DNA from: an uncultured bacterium
GTDB taxonomy: Bacteria > Patescibacteriota > Patescibacteriia > Patescibacteriales > UBA12465
Assembly: GCA_938003925.1 (NCBI GenBank)
Contig: CALKWQ010000022.1
Location: forward strand, 90,278 to 154,277
Length of the DNA: 64,000 nucleotides
Reading direction: 5' to 3'
Numbering within the stretch: the stretch's first letter is position 1; every line of letters begins with the position of its first letter. The notes below the pieces were generated by a model, which was not told the origin of the DNA, made no database searches, and was given only the letters and a program-made list of their open reading frames with translations. The translations under genes and the position numbers were made by a program. Below are positions 31,412 to 40,478 of the stretch, in pieces.

Positions 31412-34400
31412 TTAATTAGCATTATTGCCAGAGGCTTGGTTTTGCAAATACTGACACATAGCGGCATTATTAGCGCAATTAGCCACACCCTGGACATAAC
31501 AACAGGACTGATTCAAATTACAAACCGTATCTGCCTCGTCGTCGCAACCAAAAACTACAGAACAAATCTGTATGGGTGGACAACACTTCTGAGAGTTGGG
31601 ATTATAACATTCCTCGCCACAAGGCAGTTGACCGTTAGGACAACCCTCCTGGCTATCAGAAACGCATTGAGCGTTAGGCCAAGCCGCACTGTTCCAGTGG
31701 GAACCTAAAGGACAAGAACAACTACTAGCCTCGCAATCGTAACGACCATCGCAGTTGTACATACCGCTTTCGCAACTAGTGGTACAAGTACTGCCTTGAT
31801 AATTATAACACTTGTTAGAATTGGCGCCGCAACTAAACTGAGAGGTGCGTGAATAACACTCTCCGCCACATAAATATTCATCCTGAGCACAGCCATCAAA
31901 TACGCTGCCGCCGCCTCCCGTGCCGCCATCAGGCAAAATGTCGCAAGCATGATTAGTTTCACAACCAGGCGTCTCTGTCTCGCAGTCAAACCAACCTTCG
32001 GCGCAAATACACGCGTTGCCTTCTTGCACTTGATTAACACCCGCACAGGTGCAATCAGCCGGGCAATAACCATCTATTTCCCAAGGCACAAGAACTCCGT
32101 TGCGTTTTATCTTTGCCTGACAATAACCATCGCCGCAATAGCCACCGCCGTCCTCGGCTTCAGAAGACAGGTAAACACAAAAATACTGATTGTTCATAAT
32201 CGGATAAGGCACTGCCTCACCGACCTTATTGGTACAACCATACTGTAGATTAATGGAGCTAACCCCAATTTGACTACGATTTACGGCAATACCAGCATTG
32301 CCATCACAGTCTTCATGGCCATCATTGTAAAAACCACCGCGTCCCTCTAAATTAGGGGTTTGCCTGGCTCCATCGCCACAATAAGTATTGACTGCTAAAT
32401 TAAATTCACGCTGAGAAACGGCACCAAACTCGTTCTCGGCTTTAATCTTAACTAACAAAGAAGAAGAAGAAGCGGTGGTAGGGGTACCATTTAAAGAATA
32501 GTAAAGCATCATCACCGCTGCCTTAGCTGGCTTAAAAGCACCTTCCAGCCAAGACATTAAACGATGCCAGGGCTTTAGTCTGGCCTGAGTATTATTACCT
32601 AGATCATCTTCAATGGCCCCTTCAGAGCCGCTAATCACCAATCCTGTCGGCAAGAGTCCAACGGCGCTATAAGTAATTGTATGATCCCCCTGTTTTTGCC
32701 AACCCAAACCGCAATAATAACTAGCGCCGACACGAACCGCTTTAGCACAGTTAAAATCTAAAATGGGTGGATCAACTTTAATAACTAAATTAACTTGACG
32801 CGTAGCTGTGGTATTATAAGCATCTTTGGCAGTAATTACATAAACAAAAGTCGTATCCGTAGTGAACTTATTGGTGGTATGCAAATTGTATTTCAAGGTG
32901 TAATAAACTGTATCTCCCACTCTATTGGAAGTCGCCCCCATAAAAGTGGCATTCCCGGGAGAAAGTAAATCATAAGGACCGGAATTCCAAGTCGCCTTAG
33001 TTAAAGTATACGTCACCGGATGATGCTTATCCGTGATATTAAAACGAATGGTTAAAGGAATAACCGTGCTGGGATAATAAATCACGTCATCCGATTGAAT
33101 GGTTGGAGCGCCATTGTTAATCTTAATCGGCGTTACAGTGGCCAAAGTTCCTCCCTGCCCATCGGTAACAGTTAACGACACATTATAGGTTCCGGTATTG
33201 CCAGCCGCAGCAGCATAAAGCTTCTTCTGATTAGGATTAGCAGTATCTTGCATAATCGGCGCCGCACTCCAATTAGACCAAGTTGCGCCCGCTGTATTAA
33301 TATTCCAGTTTAAAGGATTGCCTTCTGGATCAAGCACTTTAATAAATCCGCTAAAAGCCTGTCCCTGCTCTCCTTGTAAGTTAGCCGAGATTAAAACCGG
33401 TGGTAAATTATTACTTGAACCAGTATAGCCAGCTCCACTAGCCACACAACCAGAATCAGCTAATTGGCCCTCGGTAGTATTATAACCTAAACTCTTACTC
33501 TCCATCGCTGCGCACAAACTGTAATTAGAACCATTGCTATCACTGGAATAAACAAAAGCATAGCTACCGCCAGGTAATTCTAGAGTATTATTACCTACCT
33601 CCGGATCAGCAAAAGAATTAGTATTTTCATTCCAACAAGTAACGGCATCGTGTTCGGCGCAGGGGCCAAGCATATTAATCGGATCGACCAATGATTGAGC
33701 TGAACCTAATTTTGGTAAAAATGAAGACTGCCAACTTGGCCAAACCGACAAACTAGTCAAAGGCAAATAAGTGCCGGCACCTAAGACTGGGTATTTACTA
33801 TTAGCCTGTTTGAAAGCTGAGAGCGACTCGCGCAAATCACCTAAAATACCCAAACGACGTACGTCGCGGGCGATCTTGGCGCGCAGACTGTCACAATAAA
33901 TCCCTGCTCCGCAATCAGCATCGGTATAACAAACATCATTATTGGCAGGACGACAACGACCTGGAGCAGTGCTTTTACCAAAGCAAGTCTGGCCATCGGT
34001 ACAATCAGTATCATTTTGACAAGTGAGAGTAGAAATATAACAGTGACCAGGAGTATTAAGATTACTATTAAAGCGCCAATGATCAACGATTTGCCCTAAA
34101 ACGTCAATGGTTTTAAAGTTAGGGTTTTGATTATAGGAAATCAAATAAATATTAGTGTAGATAAGGTGTGAAGCTTCGTCCACATTAGCGGCATTAACAT
34201 AAACGGTGCGGCCATCACGCACAGCATCATAACCATCAACTAATAAAGCCTGCGGCGAACCGGAAAATCCCTGGCTTTTATACCAACGCGCGGCGCTATA
34301 ATGATTAGGGTTAGGCAAGACGCGCACGGCAATGGCATCGCCGTCATCAGTCTGAACGCTATTCCCGTTCTGATCAATCATGAGGTCAATAACCCCCTCA

Positions 34401-34483
34401 GCTGCTCGTGCTGACTGTGGGGCAAATAACCAAAGACAGACTGCTAAGCCAAAAACTAAATAAAGATGGCGCTTAAAATTCAT
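31412..34483 (-). CDS. secreted 1023-aa protein with Ig-like segments and a cysteine-rich C-terminal region
   Basis: Signal peptide MNFKRHLYLVFGLAVCLWLFAPQSARA. Putative-Ig-like segments (PPVLISANLQGEQGQAFSGFIKVLDPEGNPL and LLPTGLVISGSEG). The last ~230 aa are dominated by Cys (CSCPLGSHW..., CCPPIQIC...). Confidence 0.75.
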   Translation of the reverse strand: MNFKRHLYLVFGLAVCLWLFAPQSARAAEGVIDLMIDQNGNSVQTDDGDAIAVRVLPNPNHYSAARWYKSQGFSGSPQALLVDGYDAVRDGRTVYVNAANVDEASHLIYTNIYLISYNQNPNFKTIDVLGQIVDHWRFNSNLNTPGHCYISTLTCQNDTDCTDGQTCFGKSTAPGRCRPANNDVCYTDADCGAGIYCDSLRAKIARDVRRLGILGDLRESLSAFKQANSKYPVLGAGTYLPLTSLSVWPSWQSSFLPKLGSAQSLVDPINMLGPCAEHDAVTCWNENTNSFADPEVGNNTLELPGGSYAFVYSSDSNGSNYSLCAAMESKSLGYNTTEGQLADSGCVASGAGYTGSSNNLPPVLISANLQGEQGQAFSGFIKVLDPEGNPLNWNINTAGATWSNWSAAPIMQDTANPNQKKLYAAAAGNTGTYNVSLTVTDGQGGTLATVTPIKINNGAPTIQSDDVIYYPSTVIPLTIRFNITDKHHPVTYTLTKATWNSGPYDLLSPGNATFMGATSNRVGDTVYYTLKYNLHTTNKFTTDTTFVYVITAKDAYNTTATRQVNLVIKVDPPILDFNCAKAVRVGASYYCGLGWQKQGDHTITYSAVGLLPTGLVISGSEGAIEDDLGNNTQARLKPWHRLMSWLEGAFKPAKAAVMMLYYSLNGTPTTASSSSLLVKIKAENEFGAVSQREFNLAVNTYCGDGARQTPNLEGRGGFYNDGHEDCDGNAGIAVNRSQIGVSSINLQYGCTNKVGEAVPYPIMNNQYFCVYLSSEAEDGGGYCGDGYCQAKIKRNGVLVPWEIDGYCPADCTCAGVNQVQEGNACICAEGWFDCETETPGCETNHACDILPDGGTGGGGSVFDGCAQDEYLCGGECYSRTSQFSCGANSNKCYNYQGSTCTTSCESGMYNCDGRYDCEASSCSCPLGSHWNSAAWPNAQCVSDSQEGCPNGQLPCGEECYNPNSQKCCPPIQICSVVFGCDDEADTVCNLNQSCCYVQGVANCANNAAMCQYLQNQASGNNAN

Positions 34484-34504
34484 ATAAAAATATTAGTAAG
34501 CCTT

Positions 34505-37500
34505 TTATTGAGCAGTAATTACCAAAGAAATAGGTGCTGATTTTATACTTTCATTATTAGAAGCATCTACAGCCGATAAAGCAAAATAATGCACACCTGG
34601 ACTAAACTGACGAATATCTAAATCTAAAGCCGTGGCTGCGTTATCAGAATCAAAAGATTCCCCGTATTGACCGCTCACTACTCCGTGATACAGGCGATAG
34701 AATAAAGTATCATCAGTATTAGCCTGCCAGGTGAAACGTAAGCGCTGGCCGGTAATAATAGAGCCACCAAGAGCCTGGGGAGCACTAGGAGCTATTTGAT
34801 CAGTAACAGTAGCCGTTTTTTCGTCAGATAGTGGACTTTCTACTTGAGCACTAGAAATAGCAGAAACTTTAAAACGATAAGTTATGCCGGCCTGAAGTCC
34901 GCGCACCAAAGCTCGACAACTATAATTTTCGCCATTAATTGGCACAGCGGGCACACAAACAGGGGTAGAAAAACCGTCTATATAATTGTCGGTTGGCTTA
35001 ACATCAACAAATGACATGCTGCCGGAAACTTCCGGCGCATAGTAAATACGATACTTGCCTAGCTGACTAGGATTTGCATTGTAGATCACACTGGAACTGC
35101 CATACCACTCTAAACGCACGGTATCACCGTCTTCCTCATCCACCGCCGCAGTAATAGCACCAACGCTGGGAGTAGCTTCTTTAAAGAAATAAGATTCTTT
35201 TAACACGTTCCAGATACAGAAGCCGTCCGCCACGCCGTCGTAGTTATTATCGGGACCGCAAGTCGCGCCCAAAGAGGAACAAGCTGTCTGCCCTTCGCTA
35301 CAAACTAAAGTACTGCCAGACCCTCTAATCACAGCCGGATTAATCATTGCGGGCAAATCATCCGCTAGCCCATCTTCTCCAGCATCACGGCAATAGTAGA
35401 ATTTATAATTATAGTTAGCACAATTACCAATCGCACCCAAACAAGTGTCATACCAAGGAGACCAGCTCTGAGTTGACTGATTAACTGCCGGCCAAGGATT
35501 CTGACACAAAAAAGTAAATATTGGGGTCTCTGCTAATAAATCGTCTCCATCCTGATAAACATTACAGCAGTTATTAAAACAGTCTGGTTCCGCGCACACA
35601 CAGGTGGCGGCATTGTTGCAACTAGGCTCAGAGAATCGATCCATATTAACCTGAGCTGACAAAATAGTAGAATCATCAGTCACGCCGCTAGCAGCCACTA
35701 CTAAAGCCTGATTGTCGGCTAATCCAGCAACTGTAGCAATAGTAGCCATGCTAGGCTTAGCTACTTCCCAATCCCAATCCCAATAATATCCAGAGCTAGG
35801 GTGTAATAACTGATCATCAGAACTATAAGCGCTGGCAGAAAATAATTTATCGCGATCACTTTTGGTATCAAAACTATTGCTCTGCGGGTCGGAATCATCT
35901 TCATTTAGATCGTTGTCGGTATTTTGAAAAAGATAAGACGCCGGGGCGGTAGTCACATATTCCACCGCACAAATACCAGCACTAGATCCTGCTTGTGGTA
36001 AGGTGCTGAAGTTAGCAATATAAGAATTAGCGAACACTAAGTTATTAAAAGATAAATTTTCACCTTCTATATAACTATTGGCAGACAAATCTAAATAACC
36101 TTGCCCGTTTAAACCTAATTGCCACTGACTCAAAACGCCAGAATTACTATCTAAGGCCGCATCCCCTTTAACAATCAAATAATAGTTAGTAGCCGGGGCC
36201 AGTACTTTCTTTGGTTGAAATTCAGCCACACTCCCATTACCATTTTGGGTAACCGAAACAACTCCAGGCACGGCACAATATAGTTTAGAGGCACTAGGTG
36301 GCGCTACTGCCAGGGCTGTATCTGAAGCCAAACCTAAACTACGTAAAGTCAGACGTAAAGTACGACTTAACCGCTGATAGGTGCGAGCTAACCAATTTTG
36401 ATGCAAAGGTTTAAAACCATCAGCAGCCGCCACAAAAGTACCTGCCGGACAAGTACCAGTGCCATAGTCGTGCTCTTCTAATAAAATGATGCCGTTCATT
36501 AAACTATTAATATCCATCTCCTGGTCAAAAGGTATTCTCATGCTAGCATTTCGGCAAACACCGGTAGCCCCGTGAGGAGGTAATAGCTGGTCAGTTAAAA
36601 CCGCCGGGCGAGCGCGACAGCAAGTACCGGCATCACAACCTAGAGTCTCAACATTACCGCAATCAGCATCCTGGCTACAACCACAACACAAACCACGATC
36701 ATTGCCGGAACAAGGAGCTTCATTGGGTTGGCAAACTAAATTACCATTGCCGATACCGGCACAAGAATTAGGGTTGCTCACCTGACAACAACAGGTACCA
36801 CAATCACCGGGCAGGCCGACCGAACCGGTACTATTTAAACAAGCAAAAGGAGAGGAGCAAAAGGAAGTATTACAGTCATCTTCTTCATCTATGCTTAAAT
36901 TACGACAGTCTTTGCCTAGTCCTCCCAGTGCCGGTAAAGCGCAACCGGTAGCACAAGCCGTGAAACTACTATAGGTTCCAACGGTAACTGGATTAGCATC
37001 GCATTGGTCCTGGTTAGGCTCGCCCTGGCAATTAAAATAGGCACAAAAACCACCAAACATCTGTTCTCCGCCCCGGCAGCGCTGATCACTGAAATTGAAA
37101 CAGCAACCGGAGGCGGCAGCGCACCCTACTTGATCACCATCATATTGACCGCAAAAAGACAAGCCAGGTGAAGCAGCACAATTAGCGTCACAACTATCGA
37201 TATTTTGAAACAAACCAAAAATCTTAGGAGTAGAAGAGGCGCATAAGCTGGGATCGCCGGGAGGAGTAGAAGAAGCGCTCTGACAGTCAAAGTAGGCACA
37301 ATAACCAAAGTCTGGGCTAGATGGATCACTGCTGACAGCCTGGCCGTCGCCGCCACGGCAAACGTCATCATTAGCGGTAGCGGTGCCACGAGAATCTAAA
37401 CAACAAGTTTGACTGTGTTCTATACAGGAGCTGGCAGACAAGCGGCTACAATCTACGCAAGCGCCAGTCGGTACTGATACATCACAAAATTTACCAGAAT

Positions 37501-40363
37501 GATTACTGCAATTACATGCCTGATCAGATAAAATCTGCTCTGCCTCAGAAATAATGCCGTTGCCATCATTATCAATAGCACACCCGGAACATTGGCCTAA
37601 GCCGGCGGCGTCATCGCTAGTGTCACTGCCGCAAGAGCCTGTACAAGTTAAGGGGGCGCAACAATCGCGAGCATCTTCACCAATTTCACAACAACAATCA
37701 CAACGAGCGCCCTGGGCGGCTACGCAGGTATTGCCGGAGCAACTAGCTCCCCCGGCACATAATTCGGTAGTAACGCAACGACCTTGGCCATTAACATCTT
37801 GACAGTTAAAGCCGGTGGCGCATAAGGAGCAGGTCGAACTACTATTACTTACACTATCAACACAACGACCACCATCTAACCTAGTCCATCCCTGAGGACA
37901 GGAAGTGGGAGTACTTATTTCCCAATGAGCTTGGCCGCCAAATTGAGGGAAAATTCGACAGGTTTGAATCGCACTGAAATCGCTACCATTGAGCGTGTAA
38001 TTTAAAGTTGAGCTTAAAGAACAGGTCTCGTTATTTAACAAACAAGCATCCAGCTGACCATTATAAGTACAACCTTGAGCCTGCCCAGAACAAGCTGCTA
38101 CGGTAGTACAACTAGAGTCGCAAGCACCTAAAGTTAAGGTGCTACCAGCAAAAGGAGAGCATAAACCCGGGGAGTTAGGACAGAAGGCTCCCACTTGGCA
38201 AGCGCCCAAAGCCTGGGCCATGCCCTGGCAGCTATCATAGGGGGTGGTAGTCCCTACGCCACCAAAACCAGAAGAGAAACCCCACTCAAATACCGAATTG
38301 GGAATATCTACATAACAATCAGCTAAAGCGTTAACGCAACGACCTTGTTTATAAGTACCAGCCGGGCAACAAACTTCACCGCCACAATCACTGTTAGCTA
38401 CACAGGTGCCAATCTCAAAATTAACATCATTACCCCACTCATTATTTTTCACAACTTTCACCGATCCAGTAACTGCATTCTCCGGGACCATTGGACTTAA
38501 CTTTTGCGCCGACTGATCAGCGCTAATCTGCCCACTGACGGCACGATTGTAGGTAAAGACCGTTAAAGCATCCGTGCCAGTTTGACCAAAATATTCACCC
38601 CACAGATTTACCACTGTACCAATTTGACCGCGCTGAGGAGAAATTTTACAAATACTAGTTTTCAAAGACAAACTAGCGTCAGCCAAGAAGGCGTTGGGGT
38701 TGGCGTTCTGCGAAGTAACTTCTTCTTCATTTAATTTAACTCTAATGGTATAGCTGCCGTCAGATAAATCAGCTGGTACTTTTACAATAATCTGCCCATC
38801 GCGCCACACGGAGTTAGCGCATACTTCTGGGAAATTATAATCTGCTTCAGTATCACCGAAAAATACCTGAGAAGAGCCACGAGCGCCGCCAAAACCACCA
38901 CCATGGATAGTAATATACTGACCAGCGCGACCAGTAGCTGGCTCAAAATAACTAATAAATGGTCCGGCGTCAGGTTCTTCTTGTTTAACAAAACTAACAT
39001 AATTACTCTTCTCTTGGTTTCCAGCTACGCTAGCTACCACAAAGCTACTCATCTTGCCTTTATTAAGATTGGGAATCGTACTAGTACCAGCTAAACCGGC
39101 GGGATTAGTAAATACGGAATCTAAACCGCGCACATTCTGATTATAGTCACCAAAATATGCTTGGCCGGAATACAGATTAACTCCGCGATAATTAACTTGT
39201 TGACTCAACAAACCGGCATCAGGAGTTAATAAACACAAACCAGGACGCACAATATCATTAGCAATAAAATCTGGAAGAACCGGACCGTTTTCATCGGCGG
39301 TGGTATCGATTTTATTGTCAGCAGTAACTACAGTTAAAGGGCCAGTAGCCGCACCCAGAGGCACAACAATAATAATTTGATTATTAGTCCAGGAACTAAC
39401 GCAATCAGGATTAACTGTCGCCGGCTCAACACCAACAACATCACCACCGAAGATAACCTTACTGGTCACAGGATCATAAGCACCAAAATTACTACCCATA
39501 ATGGTAATAACATTGTCGTCTGCACCGTTAGGAACAGTTAAATTACAGGCTACCGTGCAATCATCATCGCTATCACAACTACGGTTGACGTCTTCCTGAC
39601 AAAATCCACCCACCGGACTGACTTCAGTGATTACTGGCGGCCCGTAACAAGTGCAAGAAGTGGTGTCACAGCTCAAATATTCAGCACAACGGTCGTTATC
39701 AGCTTCGCAAGTAGGCGTAAGTTCATCAGCATCACAAGAATCACCCAGTCCGCCCTGAGGGACGCAGGCGCAAGAACTACTATCACAATAATCACCATCA
39801 GCGCACATTTGTGCGGTTGCCTGGCAACCGCCTAGAGCGCTGCCGTCACAACCGGTAGGACCACCACCAAAATTACAATCCGAACCAAGACATGGACCCC
39901 AGGCACCATCAATACAGCTCATGGATCCGCCGCATTGACAAGAGGCGGATTGGCCATTAGTGCAAATCTCCGAACCAGTTCCGCCAGTAGTAGCGCTGAT
40001 GAGTCGACTTAAAATAAAAGAAGCAATTCCCCAGGCGGACAAAATAATTACCAAACCGATAACTCCGTTTTTTAAAATCTTTTTAGCTTTATCAAGCTTA
40101 TCTTCTTCGCCCCCAGCCGTCATCCATAAAAAGCCGGCATAAACAATTAAGCCGACTGCCAACACGCCCAGAACCAGCATAACTATATTAATCACTCGCG
40201 CCGCAATCACCCTAGGGTCAGAAGCACTTAATACAATATCGCTGTTAATCTCATTAACACCGACGTCTATTTGCGCACCAGCCAATTGCGCAAAAGCAAA
40301 ACTGGCGCTGGCAAGCAGAAAGAAGGCTAGAACACGCGTAACTATTTTCTTATGCTTAAACAC
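34505..40363 (-). CDS. giant (1952 aa) surface protein: T4SS-pilin-like N-terminal module, Cys-rich blocks, three IPT/TIG-like domains, an Ig-like domain and two C-terminal FN3-like domains
   Basis: GTG start. The N-terminus has a signal peptide plus VLGVLAVGLIVYAGFLWMTAGGEEDKLDKAKKILKNGVIGLVIILSAWGIASFIL (a VirB2/TrbC-like two-helix pilin pattern). IPT-like: PPVITEVSPVGG...ITIMGSNFG, GPFISYFEPATGRAGQYITIHGGGFG, CKISPQRGQIGTVVNLWGEYFG. FN3-like: RLEWYGSS...YRIYY and RLRFTWQAN...YRLYHG. Confidence 0.8.
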   Translation of the reverse strand: MFKHKKIVTRVLAFFLLASASFAFAQLAGAQIDVGVNEINSDIVLSASDPRVIAARVINIVMLVLGVLAVGLIVYAGFLWMTAGGEEDKLDKAKKILKNGVIGLVIILSAWGIASFILSRLISATTGGTGSEICTNGQSASCQCGGSMSCIDGAWGPCLGSDCNFGGGPTGCDGSALGGCQATAQMCADGDYCDSSSCACVPQGGLGDSCDADELTPTCEADNDRCAEYLSCDTTSCTCYGPPVITEVSPVGGFCQEDVNRSCDSDDDCTVACNLTVPNGADDNVITIMGSNFGAYDPVTSKVIFGGDVVGVEPATVNPDCVSSWTNNQIIIVVPLGAATGPLTVVTADNKIDTTADENGPVLPDFIANDIVRPGLCLLTPDAGLLSQQVNYRGVNLYSGQAYFGDYNQNVRGLDSVFTNPAGLAGTSTIPNLNKGKMSSFVVASVAGNQEKSNYVSFVKQEEPDAGPFISYFEPATGRAGQYITIHGGGFGGARGSSQVFFGDTEADYNFPEVCANSVWRDGQIIVKVPADLSDGSYTIRVKLNEEEVTSQNANPNAFLADASLSLKTSICKISPQRGQIGTVVNLWGEYFGQTGTDALTVFTYNRAVSGQISADQSAQKLSPMVPENAVTGSVKVVKNNEWGNDVNFEIGTCVANSDCGGEVCCPAGTYKQGRCVNALADCYVDIPNSVFEWGFSSGFGGVGTTTPYDSCQGMAQALGACQVGAFCPNSPGLCSPFAGSTLTLGACDSSCTTVAACSGQAQGCTYNGQLDACLLNNETCSLSSTLNYTLNGSDFSAIQTCRIFPQFGGQAHWEISTPTSCPQGWTRLDGGRCVDSVSNSSSTCSLCATGFNCQDVNGQGRCVTTELCAGGASCSGNTCVAAQGARCDCCCEIGEDARDCCAPLTCTGSCGSDTSDDAAGLGQCSGCAIDNDGNGIISEAEQILSDQACNCSNHSGKFCDVSVPTGACVDCSRLSASSCIEHSQTCCLDSRGTATANDDVCRGGDGQAVSSDPSSPDFGYCAYFDCQSASSTPPGDPSLCASSTPKIFGLFQNIDSCDANCAASPGLSFCGQYDGDQVGCAAASGCCFNFSDQRCRGGEQMFGGFCAYFNCQGEPNQDQCDANPVTVGTYSSFTACATGCALPALGGLGKDCRNLSIDEEDDCNTSFCSSPFACLNSTGSVGLPGDCGTCCCQVSNPNSCAGIGNGNLVCQPNEAPCSGNDRGLCCGCSQDADCGNVETLGCDAGTCCRARPAVLTDQLLPPHGATGVCRNASMRIPFDQEMDINSLMNGIILLEEHDYGTGTCPAGTFVAAADGFKPLHQNWLARTYQRLSRTLRLTLRSLGLASDTALAVAPPSASKLYCAVPGVVSVTQNGNGSVAEFQPKKVLAPATNYYLIVKGDAALDSNSGVLSQWQLGLNGQGYLDLSANSYIEGENLSFNNLVFANSYIANFSTLPQAGSSAGICAVEYVTTAPASYLFQNTDNDLNEDDSDPQSNSFDTKSDRDKLFSASAYSSDDQLLHPSSGYYWDWDWEVAKPSMATIATVAGLADNQALVVAASGVTDDSTILSAQVNMDRFSEPSCNNAATCVCAEPDCFNNCCNVYQDGDDLLAETPIFTFLCQNPWPAVNQSTQSWSPWYDTCLGAIGNCANYNYKFYYCRDAGEDGLADDLPAMINPAVIRGSGSTLVCSEGQTACSSLGATCGPDNNYDGVADGFCIWNVLKESYFFKEATPSVGAITAAVDEEDGDTVRLEWYGSSSVIYNANPSQLGKYRIYYAPEVSGSMSFVDVKPTDNYIDGFSTPVCVPAVPINGENYSCRALVRGLQAGITYRFKVSAISSAQVESPLSDEKTATVTDQIAPSAPQALGGSIITGQRLRFTWQANTDDTLFYRLYHGVVSGQYGESFDSDNAATALDLDIRQFSPGVHYFALSAVDASNNESIKSAPISLVITAQ

Positions 40364-40478
40364 AAAGGCAGAAAGGCAATCTAACGATTAAAAATGAAAC
40401 GCTTAATTTTTAAGCTTAAATTCATCCTTAAAGCGTAGGGATGCTTGATAACTTTTTAAGTTTTTATTTTACTGCTGA

